Shown piece by piece: positions 49,398-59,583 of a stretch of DNA of 64,000 nt. Position 1 is the stretch's first letter; each line of letters opens with the position of its first letter. The notes beneath the pieces were generated by a model. It was given only the letters and a program-made list of their open reading frames with translations. It was not told where the DNA came from and did no database searches. Position numbers and translations under genes: made by a program. The stretch is from a virus. Taxonomy: Duplodnaviria; Caudoviricetes. The DNA is taken from positions 167,256 to 231,255 of IMG/VR virus record IMGVR_UViG_642918914_000001; one strand, given 5' to 3'.

Positions 49398-49742
49398 ATG
49401 GCTGCTGCCAACGTATTGAAGCTGCCGGAGCTGGAGACGCTGATCCCAATCCGGAAAGAGGATGTCGCTCTGTCCAAGGACGGCCGGACCTACCTGAGTC
49501 GCATCACGTTTGACGACGCTTCCGGCCAGTGGGTGATCGCCTCGCATTTCAACGAAGAACGGAATCACTGGGTGTCCATCGTGCCGTCGCGTCGACTGGG
49601 CATCATCGTGTTTCTGAACGACAAGCCGGAGTCCACAGACACGCACATCAAGATCACGAGCATCAAGCGCAACGGTCGCGGTCTGTGGGCGGACCCGGTG
49701 TGCCCGCCACCCGCGCCTACAACCGACGGGAGCGCGCAATGA
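49398..49742 (+). CDS. Hypothetical protein
   Basis: GAGGA RBS. Confidence 0.6.
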   Translation: MAAANVLKLPELETLIPIRKEDVALSKDGRTYLSRITFDDASGQWVIASHFNEERNHWVSIVPSRRLGIIVFLNDKPESTDTHIKITSIKRNGRGLWADPVCPPPAPTTDGSAQ

Positions 49743-50752
49743 CCACGCCCCTGCGTTACATACGGCATCGGATGCAGAAAGGCAAGATGCTGCATCCAGG
49801 CGACTCGTTCTTCCAGCCGTCCTATGAGCGTGTGCGCAGTCCGAAGGGCGAGCCCGTGTCAGGAGTCACGCTCATCATGGACTATGCGTGCCTTGATCAG
49901 GACCCACATACCCGAGCTCTGTCGGCTGCGGAGACGCGGAAGCAACTAGAGCGCGTCACTGCACTCGTAGGTCGCATTTGCGATCATTTGCAACTGGACC
50001 TGACGCAGATCATCCGTGCCACTGAACTTGAACATGAGTACCACATTTCACTCGACGTATCCTCTGATCCCAGCACACCAGACGGTGGACCTCGGGATGC
50101 TGGCGGAGTTCTACCGACTGCGCGCCCAGATGGAGAAGGCTAGGGCTCAGTATTTCAAGCTCTACCAACAGTTCGTTGACACTGGCCAATCAGTATCTGG
50201 AACAGCTCCCTGAAGCGAAGACCATCATTCGCCTACGACGCGAGATTCGGATGGCAACACGAGGCACACCGGACACTGTTAGGAGCCGACGCGGTGACTG
50301 CAGCCGGATATGTGAGCTTCGGCACTGAGCAGCTATACAAACGCTGAAGCGCACCTCACCAAGAGCGCTTGGCGGAAAGGTGCTGCACTCGTCCATCCAG
50401 ATCGTCACGGCGGCGATCACACGTTGTTCCAACTGTCGCTCGCCGCTTATCGTCTGAACGACCTCACGTTCCTCCAGGAACTGTACATCAATCTCGCGGT
50501 AAATAACCTGTGGTGGAGGTGCTCAAACGCAGCCCACAATTATATGAAGCAGGAGTTGGAGCGTCCTGCCGTCAGTCTGCAACGACTACGCACGCGGCCT
50601 GAATTTCAGAATCGCAATGCTCCATCGCTCTGGGAACGAGGAGCAGGCGCGAATCTTTGCCAGCCAGATGGCACGCGCTCTTGTCCTACGCCTCCAGGCA
50701 GAGTTGCATAGTCTCCTGCTTCGTACACATCAACCTGACCACGAGGAACATC

Positions 50753-51634
50753 ATGTCCACGACCAACACCAAGGCCAGCAAGTCCAAGAAGCTGGCACCG
50801 AACAAGATCAAGCCGGACGCAGCGAAGAAGGGCAAGCCCGCAGCCAAGACCGGTGAGAAGCAACTGACTCCGCTGCAGAAGGCGGCACTCGCTCGCAAGA
50901 ACGGCAAGGCTCCGGCCAAGAAGAAGGCAGCAGCCAAGAAGCTGACGTTCGCCGCTCCGGCTGACTTCAAGCCGTTCTTCCTGGAAGTGGCCATCCGCTC
51001 GGACGCAGACAGCCTCCTGTCCAACGCCATCAAGGCCACGCGCTTCCAAGGTCGCTACGACCCGCAGGCCGAGGACAAGAAGAAGTTCGACCTGTCCGGC
51101 TACGACGTCCCCACGCTGGTCGGCATTCAGGCTCGTCTGTCGGCGGTCCTGGGCAAGCCGGGTCCGCTCAAGGTGTTCCCGGCCGACGTGAAGGAACGCA
51201 ACCTCACGATCAAGGTCAAGAACAAGGAAACGGGCGAAGTCAAGGAGAAGCTGAAGTACACTGGCATGCATCGCCTGCCGAAGAACACCACGCTGATCCT
51301 CGTGCTGCGCGTCGGCCGTCGTGCTGCTGACAACGCGCTGACCGTCGGCCTGAAGGAAGTCCACCAGCTCGTGAAGAACCCGAGCGGCAAGATCGGCCGC
51401 AAGATGCTGGACAAGAAGGATCCGCTGTTCCGCATCCTTGGTCGCACTCGTCAAGGGCTTCCCGCTGCATTCACCAAGGTGCAACTCCCGCCGAAGCGCG
51501 TGCGTGGCGCCAATCGTCCGAAGCGGGGGACGAGGAATAATCGTCCGGCAGTAAACAGACAACTCAACCCTAGGAGGTTCCTGTATGAACAAAGACTACA
51601 AGCTGCGCATCCTTCTGCCGCAGAAGTCGGGTGA
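50753..51634 (+). CDS. Lys-rich basic protein (3' end uncertain)
   Basis: GAGGA RBS, strong codon bias, K/A-rich N-terminus. Confidence 0.65.
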   Translation: MSTTNTKASKSKKLAPNKIKPDAAKKGKPAAKTGEKQLTPLQKAALARKNGKAPAKKKAAAKKLTFAAPADFKPFFLEVAIRSDADSLLSNAIKATRFQGRYDPQAEDKKKFDLSGYDVPTLVGIQARLSAVLGKPGPLKVFPADVKERNLTIKVKNKETGEVKEKLKYTGMHRLPKNTTLILVLRVGRRAADNALTVGLKEVHQLVKNPSGKIGRKMLDKKDPLFRILGRTRQGLPAAFTKVQLPPKRVRGANRPKRGTRNNRPAVNRQLNPRRFLYEQRLQAAHPSAAEVG

Positions 51635-51958
51635 ACACGGCTCCGCGATTCGCCACCATCACCATCCGTCAGCGCAACAATGCAACGACGCGCAGGGGCG
51701 GGTTGGACCGGCCCGGTCGTGTTCTATCAACATCAGGCATGGGTGCTGGAGAAGCCGCAGTCCAGCGCTCGTGTGTTGGGCGACCACATCATCCTGTCCC
51801 GGAACTCGATCACGGCGTCCTGCATCTCGCAGCCTGAAACGGCCAAGGGCCAACGACGGCTTCACCTATCTGCGTCGCGCGTCGCACATAGCGTTCAGCA
51901 CGGTGGAGGTCCCTGTATCTGTTCGGCTTCTACACCACGGCCGAAAAGAAGGGACGTG

Positions 51959-52342
51959 ATGAAGCGCATGGTCGAGATCCGCGACCAGGAAGTGCTGGAG
52001 GGCTATCGCGAAGGATGCGCAGATGCGCATTCCAGGGAATATCTGGACGAGGGCCACCTGACCGTGGACGATCTGAAGGCAGCAGTCGAGCGCAACACTG
52101 GCCTGAAGGTGAGCATGCGGAAACCGTCGGCTCCTCCCAAGTTCACGAGCAAGCTCGTGCACCCGGCGCCCGCCCAGCCCAATCCGGCGAAGGCCGCGCT
52201 CGGCGCCGCCAAGAAGTCGCCAGTGAAGAATGCCAGCAAGAAGCCGATCCCGGCAGTCAAGGCAGATCTGCCGCACCTGAAGTCCGGCGCGACCGCACCG
52301 ACCACCGCGCTTCAGGCCATGAAAACGGCGTTCAAGGTCTGA
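51959..52342 (+). CDS. Hypothetical protein or C-terminal part of a frameshifted gene
   Basis: Codon-biased frame, K/A/P-rich. Confidence 0.45.
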   Translation: MKRMVEIRDQEVLEGYREGCADAHSREYLDEGHLTVDDLKAAVERNTGLKVSMRKPSAPPKFTSKLVHPAPAQPNPAKAALGAAKKSPVKNASKKPIPAVKADLPHLKSGATAPTTALQAMKTAFKV

Positions 52343-52489
52343 TCCTTGCACCCCGGTTTTTAGGTGGGGTACACTGCGCCCCGGCCAGTTCTGCACCCGC
52401 AGTACCCAGCAGTAAATAAGCGGTAACGGGCTGACGTGCACCGTGCAACGTACGTCGTATCCAAACCTTTTCTCTAGAGGAAGACTCAG

Positions 52490-53298
52490 ATGGCAATCCC
52501 ACGCAACAAGGGCAAGACCGCCGCAGGCAAGAAACGCGAAGGTCGCCGCCAAGAAGGCAGCCGCAGCCAAGGGCAACAAGAAGGTGGCTCCGGCCGCGAA
52601 CAAGAAGGCACGCACCGCCAAGCAAGCTCCGGCCGCCAAGAAGGCTCCGGCTCGTCAGCAGAAGCAAGTCAAGCAACAGCCGGAGGACACCAAGAAGGCA
52701 GCAGCTCCGAAGGCCGTCGGTCAGCAAGTCGTCATCAAGGTCACTAGTGACCACTTCGAAAGCCGGTGGCAAGCCGACCGCAGCAGCCTACTTCGGCGCT
52801 GAAGGTCAAGTGATCCCCCGTGCTACGGTCAAGGCCGTTGTCGGCCAGACCATCTACCACGAAGTTCTGATCGCGGTGGGCACCATCACCGAAGCTCTGG
52901 AACAGAAGGGCGTGGTCATCTACAAGACGGAAAACGGCCCGGTCATCGCGCTGGATCCGTCGTACGTGTTCGTCACTGGTTCGGCCCCGGCCGCTGCCGC
53001 TGTTGCCGAGTCCGACGACAACGAAGACGACGAAGACGGCGATGATGATGATGCCGGCGACGAAGACGGCGACGAAGATGCCGACTCCGACGATGAGGAC
53101 GGCGACGACGAAGACGACGAAGACGGTGACGACGATTCCGATTCGGACGACGAAGACGACGAAGACGGCGATGATGATGCCGACGACGAAGACGGCGACG
53201 ATGATGACGAAGACGGCGACGACGAAGACGACGAAGACGGTGACGACGAAGATGACGACGGTGACGACGACGGCGAAGAAGGCGACGACTTCTTCTAA
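52490..53298 (+). CDS. Protein with K/A-rich N-terminus and ~95-aa Asp/Glu tail ending GDDFF; split by apparent frameshifts near 52535 and 52750
   Basis: GAGG RBS before MAIPRNK; successive frames give AAKKAAAAK..., then the 52747-53298 ORF. Confidence 0.6.
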
Positions 53299-53350
53299 GC
53301 TACCAATCGGCCGGCGCACGCACTAGGGCAGGTGTTCTAGTGCACGAGCG

Positions 53351-53380
53351 GGAGCAGGGGCGAATCCTCTGCTCCCCTTT
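53351..53380 (+). terminator. Intrinsic terminator
   Basis: GGAGCAGGGG-CGAAT-CCTCTGCTCC-CCTTTT. Confidence 0.6.
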
Positions 53381-53417
53381 TGTCACATCAGTAGCCCATT
53401 TCTACATCAGGCACACC

Positions 53418-53735
53418 ATGCAACCGGATAAACGAGAACATCTATCGGTGTACAGCAAGCTCTGCAAGTCCTGCGGGCATCTGGACCCGGATGAGCCCAA
53501 GAAGTACAGCAAATGCCACCACTCCAAGGGCAACGAATTCTGTCCGGCGGCGGAAGTGCAGATTGTAGTGGTGGGTCGCGCCCTGAAATACGCGAAGCAG
53601 GTGTTGGCTGCACGTCGTCAGCGCGACGCTAAGGGGGAGGCGAAGATCCTCCAACTGGTAACGCAGCAGAGCGCAGCGTTTGTCGAACGTTTCTACGCAT
53701 ACCTCGAGAACGGAGTTCCCGGTGAAAACCCGTAA
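53418..53735 (+). CDS. Small Cys/His-rich protein
   Basis: CKSCGH...CHH...CP. Confidence 0.55.
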   Translation: MQPDKREHLSVYSKLCKSCGHLDPDEPKKYSKCHHSKGNEFCPAAEVQIVVVGRALKYAKQVLAARRQRDAKGEAKILQLVTQQSAAFVERFYAYLENGVPGENP

Positions 53736-54489
53736 GGCATCGAAAGCCTCGGCCGCTTCCGACAGTGGCCAACAAAAGGTCATCAACCTGACCCGCATCA
53801 AACAGTGGTACATCCCAGCAGACAACGAGGCATATCTCACCCTGAAGAGGCACGGTGTGCCTCTGCTCAAGATCCATCAGAATTTCCTGCCCACGTTGCG
53901 TCTGCTCACGCAGAAGCACAATATCCGTGGGCGAGTCGTCGACTTCACCGACGAGATCCTGGATCCGTTCCTGGAGCGACTGGGCAACACGTGGAACACG
54001 AAATACGGCAAGGCCACCATCACCAACAAGGTCATGGTGTTCCAGGCTAAGGACGACAAGCTGGTCGAAGCGCGCGAGGCGGTACCCAAGTTGGAAGAGC
54101 GCCTGCGCCAATTCTTCGATCGCTGGGGCTTCAAGTTCCAGTGCGAGTTCTCCGAAGTCAAGAGCCGACTCAAGCTGCACGTCGAATACTGGTTCGACAA
54201 CAACAAGTCGCCGGTCATCCTCATGGACGAGCCGGAGGTCGAGCAACCGAAGGTCATGCTGAAGCTGGGCTTCACGCGGCTGGTCTTCGCCTTCGATCAA
54301 CACCAGAACCAGTTCGGCAAGGGTCCCGGCTATGTGCACCTCACCATCGAGGTGAGTCAAGGCGGGCGATGGGCACCGTTGCGCACCAGTCGCTGCACGT
54401 ACACCGAGTTGAGTTCGGTGCTGCCGCTGGTCACCGCACTGATGGACATCCCCAACAAGGACATTCATAATCTCGATAACCCCGCATGA
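53722..54489 (+). CDS. Hypothetical protein
   Basis: GGAG + GTG start, codon-biased ORF. Confidence 0.6.
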   Translation: MKTRKASKASAASDSGQQKVINLTRIKQWYIPADNEAYLTLKRHGVPLLKIHQNFLPTLRLLTQKHNIRGRVVDFTDEILDPFLERLGNTWNTKYGKATITNKVMVFQAKDDKLVEAREAVPKLEERLRQFFDRWGFKFQCEFSEVKSRLKLHVEYWFDNNKSPVILMDEPEVEQPKVMLKLGFTRLVFAFDQHQNQFGKGPGYVHLTIEVSQGGRWAPLRTSRCTYTELSSVLPLVTALMDIPNKDIHNLDNPA

Positions 54490-55028
54490 AAAGGCTCACT
54501 CTTCCATCGCACGAGTATCTATCGCAGTGCTTCTCTTTCACTAAGAGCACGGGTTCTCTGCGATGGAAGAATCGTCCTCCGGAACACTTCCAGTCGGTTA
54601 CCCGCTGCCTCCAAGCGAATACACGTTACGCGGGCAAAGAGGCCGGGTGCCTCATGGTCGATGGACACATAGGTGTGCGTCTAGATGGAAAGCTGTATTA
54701 CGCACATCGCATTATCTGGATGCTCGTAACTGGAGTTGACCCCGGTATCTTGGAAGTCGACCACAAGAACATGGACAAGGCCGACAACCGATGGCGCAAC
54801 CTGCGATTAGCCACCCATGAGCAACAGAGCTATAATGTCCTTCGCCATTCCGGAAACACCTCTGGTGTAAAGGGTGTGAGTTTTAACAAACGCACCAGCA
54901 AGTGGATTGCATTAGTGCAGGGGCGTCGTAGGAAGATACGAAAGGAATTCGCCTTATTTGCTGAGGCCGTAGCTGCGGTTCGTGCCGCACGTAAGCAAGT
55001 TCATAAGCGATTCACCAATCACGGATAA
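54486..55028 (+). CDS. HNH homing endonuclease (HNH + AP2-like domain)
   Basis: YAHRIIW...VDHKNMDKADNRWRNLRLAT...NTSGVKGVSF; lower GC than neighbours. Confidence 0.88.
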   Translation: MKRLTLPSHEYLSQCFSFTKSTGSLRWKNRPPEHFQSVTRCLQANTRYAGKEAGCLMVDGHIGVRLDGKLYYAHRIIWMLVTGVDPGILEVDHKNMDKADNRWRNLRLATHEQQSYNVLRHSGNTSGVKGVSFNKRTSKWIALVQGRRRKIRKEFALFAEAVAAVRAARKQVHKRFTNHG

Positions 55029-55039
55029 CTGAGCCAATC

Positions 55040-57688
55040 GTGACAACCAAGAAACAGACCAAGTACGATAGCACTAGCATCGAGACTCAACGCTTCCCTC
55101 ACAACGTCCGGGCGTCGCCAGCCATGTACATCGGCGGAGTCGATGCCTACGGCCTGTGGACTGTGACCAAGGAACTGCTGGACAACGGCGCCGACGAGTT
55201 CATGGCGCAACGCAACGACGCCGTGTTCCTGCACTTTGACGCTGATGGCAGCTACTGGGTCTGGGATCACGGGCACGGCATCCCACAGGGCGTCAAGACG
55301 TTCAAGCTGAATCTGAACGGCAAGGTGGTCACGCAGAAGATGCCGACCATGCAAGCGGTGTTCGGCGAGCTGCACACGTCGGGCAAATATCGCAGTGAGG
55401 CGTACGCAGTGTCCATCGGCAGTCACGGCGTCGGGTCCAAGGGCACCAACGCGACGGCCGAGTACTTCGATGTCTGGACGCTGTACGAAGGCCGCTGGAG
55501 CAGCATCAAGTTCAAGAAGGGTGAGCTGGCACAGCCGGTGAAGGAATGCTCGGCCCCCAAGCTGCCTACTGGCAAGCCGCTGAAGAAGGGCACGCTCATC
55601 CACTTCAAGCCGGACGCCAGCATCTTCAGCGTCAAGAGCTTCCCGCCGTCGATGGCTGTGGAATGGGCGACGGTCATGTCGTACATGAACCCCGGCCTGT
55701 CGATCCACCTGAGCAGCAAGAAGGGTGCGAAGACGTACCTCAGCAAGAAGGGGCCGCAGGAGTATATCGAGCATCGTCTGGCTGCGCTGAAGACGGAAGG
55801 CGAGCGTCAGATGTTCGTGCATCACGACGACCTGTCGGATGTGGTGTTGGCATTCACCAACTACGACGGTTGCGACATCCGCGGCATGACCAACTCCGTG
55901 ACCAATGGTCAAGGCGGCAAGCACGTGGACAGTGTGACGGGTGCCGTCTATGCTGGCCTCAAGCCGTGGATCAAGACCAAGAAGGTGAAGGAAGACGGCA
56001 AGGTGAAGGTGGTCCCTGCCTTCCGTGAGACCGACCTGAAGGAAGGGCTCGTTGGTCTGGTCAACGCCAAGCTGCACAAGGCCCAGTTCTCGTCGCAGGA
56101 CAAGGCACGACTCACAGACAACCGGCTGGGCAAGGACTACGAAGAGGCGATAACCAAGAAGTTCGTCGCCTTCTTCAAGGAGAACAAGGCGCTGGCCCAG
56201 CGTTTGTGTGATCGTGCCACCAAGCTCAACGAACTGAAGACCAAGTTCACGATGAGCAAGAAGGCAGCAGCTACGTTGAACGCTGTGAAGCGCAATGGGC
56301 TGCCCGCCAAGTACGCAGCGTTCAACTCGGACACGAAGGTTCACGATCGTGAGCTGTTCCTCGTTGAAGGCGACAGCGCAGGTGGTTCGCTGAAGGATGC
56401 GCGCTTGCCCTATCAGGCGGTCCTCCCACTCAAGGGTAAGGTGCTCAACGCACTGAAGGACAACAAGGGCAAGGCGCTGGAGTCGGATGAAATCATCAAC
56501 ATCCTGGCGGCTATCGGCTACGACACGAAGGCCGCTGACCCGCTGTCCAAGCTCACCGTGGGCAAGATCATCTGTCTGGCTGACCCGGACCCGGATGGTC
56601 CGTTCGTCGCAGACACGCAGGTGCGTTTCCGCTACAAGCGCACTGCGAATGACGGCCAGCCGCAACTCGCCACCATTGAATGCTTGGCGGAGATGGCGAA
56701 TACTCCTGGCCAAGAATTCGAGGTTCCGGTCTACGTGAACGGCAAGGAGCAGTGGGCACCGGCCACCGCGCAGTTGGAACGCAACGTGGACACGCTGGTG
56801 AGCATGGAGATCGGCGGTCACAAGTACAAGGTGAGCGAGGACCACAAGTTCCTGGTGATCCGTACGCCGTCCACGCGCAATCGTGAAGGGCTGACGTTCA
56901 GCGAGCATCTGTGCTTCATGCGTGCTGCCGACATGAACATCGGCGACCGTGTGTACGCGCCGCACATGGAGCAGGGGCGCCGCGACTACAACCGTCAGGA
57001 CAAGACGAGTGGCCACGGATTCATGGCTGTGAACAAGCTGCGAGTCCAGAAGCAGAGCGCTCCGGTCCCCGTCTACTGCTTGACGGTGCCGCGCCATCAT
57101 CACTTCCTGCTGCCGTCGGGTGTTGTGTCTAGCAACTGTCACATCAACAGCCTGCTCCTGGGTCTGTTCTACAAGTACCTGCCCGACCTGTTCGACAAGG
57201 GCATGGTGTACGTGAGCGCGGCCCCCGAGTTCTACTCGATCTACAAGGATCAGCTGGTGACCGGCGACACGCTGAGCGCAGTGCAGGTGAAGCTCAAGAA
57301 GCTGAAGGCTCCGACGTCCACCGCCATCCACCACTTGAAGGGGTGGGGCGAGGCCAGCGAGAACCTGATGCGTGTGCTGGCAGCAGACCCGGCAACTCGT
57401 CGCCTCATCAAGATCAAGGCCATCTCTCACGACGACAAGGTGGACTTCGTCAAGGTGATGAACGAGGACGTGGAGTACCGCCGTCGCATGCTAGGCTTGC
57501 CACAGAACGCGAAGGGCGACGAAGATGAGGCGCCGCCCGCCGCGAAGAAGGCACCGGCTAAGAAGGCGGCGCAGCCCAAGGCCATCCAGATGCGAGCCCG
57601 CGACGGACGTCCCCTGCGCGGCAAGATCATCGTGAAGCAGCCGCCCGTAAAGAAAACGGGTACCCGTCAACGTAAGGAGGCAGCATGA
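55040..57688 (+). CDS. Type IIA topoisomerase B subunit (GyrB/ParE-like), intein-containing
   Basis: PAMYIG, ELLDNGADE, DHGHGIP, GSHGVG, LVEGDSAGG, PLKGK, DPDPDG/CHI, KGWGE. Confidence 0.92.
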   Translation: MTTKKQTKYDSTSIETQRFPHNVRASPAMYIGGVDAYGLWTVTKELLDNGADEFMAQRNDAVFLHFDADGSYWVWDHGHGIPQGVKTFKLNLNGKVVTQKMPTMQAVFGELHTSGKYRSEAYAVSIGSHGVGSKGTNATAEYFDVWTLYEGRWSSIKFKKGELAQPVKECSAPKLPTGKPLKKGTLIHFKPDASIFSVKSFPPSMAVEWATVMSYMNPGLSIHLSSKKGAKTYLSKKGPQEYIEHRLAALKTEGERQMFVHHDDLSDVVLAFTNYDGCDIRGMTNSVTNGQGGKHVDSVTGAVYAGLKPWIKTKKVKEDGKVKVVPAFRETDLKEGLVGLVNAKLHKAQFSSQDKARLTDNRLGKDYEEAITKKFVAFFKENKALAQRLCDRATKLNELKTKFTMSKKAAATLNAVKRNGLPAKYAAFNSDTKVHDRELFLVEGDSAGGSLKDARLPYQAVLPLKGKVLNALKDNKGKALESDEIINILAAIGYDTKAADPLSKLTVGKIICLADPDPDGPFVADTQVRFRYKRTANDGQPQLATIECLAEMANTPGQEFEVPVYVNGKEQWAPATAQLERNVDTLVSMEIGGHKYKVSEDHKFLVIRTPSTRNREGLTFSEHLCFMRAADMNIGDRVYAPHMEQGRRDYNRQDKTSGHGFMAVNKLRVQKQSAPVPVYCLTVPRHHHFLLPSGVVSSNCHINSLLLGLFYKYLPDLFDKGMVYVSAAPEFYSIYKDQLVTGDTLSAVQVKLKKLKAPTSTAIHHLKGWGEASENLMRVLAADPATRRLIKIKAISHDDKVDFVKVMNEDVEYRRRMLGLPQNAKGDEDEAPPAAKKAPAKKAAQPKAIQMRARDGRPLRGKIIVKQPPVKKTGTRQRKEAA
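56600..57136 (+). mobile_element. Mini-intein (179 aa), Pro1, class-3-like
   Basis: Interrupts TOPRIM DPDG|CHI; block A PFVADTQV, block B VSEDHKF, block F PVYCLTV, block G GVVSSN/C. Confidence 0.85.
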
Positions 57689-58038
57689 TCGTCATGGAGT
57701 ATTCACCCGTTCTGGGCCAAGCGATCCCGGACGCCGCGCTTCTCAACCACGCGGACGAATTGATCGGCATCCACAACGAAGGGCGGACTGCGACCAGTTC
57801 AGTGTCCACATACCAAGCCATTACCGCACTGCGCCAGCGAGTGGCTGAGGGTCAGGTGTCCTACAGCGACGTGTTCGTGGTGTACGAGGGACGCTGGTTG
57901 CAGCTCAATCAGTTTGCAGGCTGGGCGCAGGATAATCCGGAAGGGTTTGGTGACCTGCACGCACGCATGCTGTCGCGCTTGGTCACCCTTGGAAACGCGC
58001 GCCGTCGCAAACTCAACACGAAGGAGTGTGATGACTAA
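57685..58038 (+). CDS. Hypothetical protein between the topoisomerase subunits
   Basis: AAGGAGG RBS; overlaps both neighbours. Confidence 0.6.
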   Translation: MIVMEYSPVLGQAIPDAALLNHADELIGIHNEGRTATSSVSTYQAITALRQRVAEGQVSYSDVFVVYEGRWLQLNQFAGWAQDNPEGFGDLHARMLSRLVTLGNARRRKLNTKECDD

Positions 58039-59572
58039 GAAGGCTAAGAAGCCTGTCGGCAGTCTGGTACCCGCCGCTGACCGACACGTAGTTGACGAGT
58101 CGTTGAAGGATTTCGGTCGTCGTAACATGACGATCTACGGCACCACGGTGAACTTGGACCGCTCGGTTCCAGATCTGTACGATGGGTTGAAGCCGGTCCA
58201 GCGTCGCATTCTGTGGTCGGCGTCGCAGGTGTGCCGCACGCAGTTCGAGAAGAGCGCACGGCTTACCGGTCACTGCATGGGTGCCTATCACCCGCACGGC
58301 AACAGCGCCATCTACTCGGCTGCTGTCAACATGGTGCAGCATCCGAGTCCAACGCTTCTGGGCAAGGGCAACTTCGGTTCGATGACGGACGGCGCGGCTG
58401 CTGAGCGTTACACCAACGTTCGCCTGTCGCACTACGGCCAGACATTCTTCGACAGCGACTACATCAACGCTGAGACCACGTCGTTCGTTCCCAACTACGA
58501 CGACAAGGATGTGGAACCCGTCACGCTGCCTGCGCAATTGCCGAACGTGTTGCTCAACGGCGGCGAAGGCATCGGCGTTGGCATCACCACCAAGCTGCCG
58601 ACGTTCACACCGGAGTCGGTGCTGGAAGTACTGAACCGCATGTTCAAGGGCGAGAAGCTTCAGGCCGTGGACTTTGCCAAGACGCTGAAGTACCATCACA
58701 AGTGGGGCGGTCAGCTCGTGCGGTCCAAGGAGAACCAAGCGCAGTGGAAGCAGATGTTCGTGGGCAGCATGGCCAACCTCCAGTTCGAGGCAGTGTTGGA
58801 CTTGGATCGTGACCACAAGCGCATGACCATCAGTTCGTGGCCTCCAGGTACAAACCTGGAAACCTTCATGAAGAAGGTGCGGGCAATGCCGGAGTGCCAC
58901 AAGTGCTTCAACTCCAAGGGCACGACCACGTATCAGATCGAGTGCAAGCCGGGCTTCAATTACGACCAGTTCGACAAGTTCGTCGAGAAGGTGCGCAAGG
59001 CCACGATGCAACGGCAGGCGTTCAAGATCAACGTGACGCGGCGTGAAGCAAAGACGGTGGACGGCGTCACCACGTTCAAGACTGAGTTCCTGGCGCTGTC
59101 GGTGCCGGACCTCATCTTGCAGTGGTGCCGCATGCGTGTGGCGCTGGAGCTCAAGTCGCTGGCGTATCGCATCAAGAAGCAGGAAGCGGCGATCGCCTAC
59201 TCCAAGCTGCTGATCTACGCAGTGGACAAGCTGGACCTGATCTTCAAGGCTCTGCGCCAGTCAGACCCAGATGCTTCGCTGCAGAAGCTGCTGAAGATCA
59301 CGGCAGAGCAGGCCAAGCAGATCTTGGACCTGCAAGTGCGCAAGCTGTCGAAGCTCGACCAGTCCAAGCTCAAGGGCACGCTGAAGACGCAGGAGCAGGA
59401 GCTCAAGCAACTCCAGACGTGGCAAGCCAAGCCCAAGGCCCAGGTGCTGCTGGATCTGGCGGCAGTGCAGCAGGCACTGGACAAGGATCGCAACTTCAAG
59501 CTCAAGGAAAGCACGCAGAAGCTGACCGTGTGTGATCTGAAAGGTGGGGCTACGGCCCACCCGCAACCCTAA
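58031..59572 (+). CDS. Type IIA topoisomerase A subunit (GyrA/ParC-like, no pinwheel C-terminal domain)
   Basis: DGLKPVQRRIL, YHPHG, GNFGS, AAAERYT (catalytic Tyr), PNVLLNGGEGIGVG. Confidence 0.92.
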   Translation: MTKKAKKPVGSLVPAADRHVVDESLKDFGRRNMTIYGTTVNLDRSVPDLYDGLKPVQRRILWSASQVCRTQFEKSARLTGHCMGAYHPHGNSAIYSAAVNMVQHPSPTLLGKGNFGSMTDGAAAERYTNVRLSHYGQTFFDSDYINAETTSFVPNYDDKDVEPVTLPAQLPNVLLNGGEGIGVGITTKLPTFTPESVLEVLNRMFKGEKLQAVDFAKTLKYHHKWGGQLVRSKENQAQWKQMFVGSMANLQFEAVLDLDRDHKRMTISSWPPGTNLETFMKKVRAMPECHKCFNSKGTTTYQIECKPGFNYDQFDKFVEKVRKATMQRQAFKINVTRREAKTVDGVTTFKTEFLALSVPDLILQWCRMRVALELKSLAYRIKKQEAAIAYSKLLIYAVDKLDLIFKALRQSDPDASLQKLLKITAEQAKQILDLQVRKLSKLDQSKLKGTLKTQEQELKQLQTWQAKPKAQVLLDLAAVQQALDKDRNFKLKESTQKLTVCDLKGGATAHPQP

Positions 59573-59583
59573 AGGTTCATAAG

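Noticed and set aside
53010-53290. GACGACGAA-rich repetitive DNA as a non-coding repeat element
   Set aside because: Explained by the Asp/Glu tail of the coding sequence.
55019-57430. 803-aa antisense ORF, and similar long antisense ORFs such as 7512-9809, 13676-14818 and 27474-28625
   Set aside because: Shadow frames of strongly codon-biased GC-rich genes on the opposite strand; no motifs or RBS.
55040-59572. Host chromosomal gyrB/gyrA locus
   Set aside because: The A subunit lacks the pinwheel domain, the sequences are divergent and the whole context is phage-like, so gene symbols were withheld.
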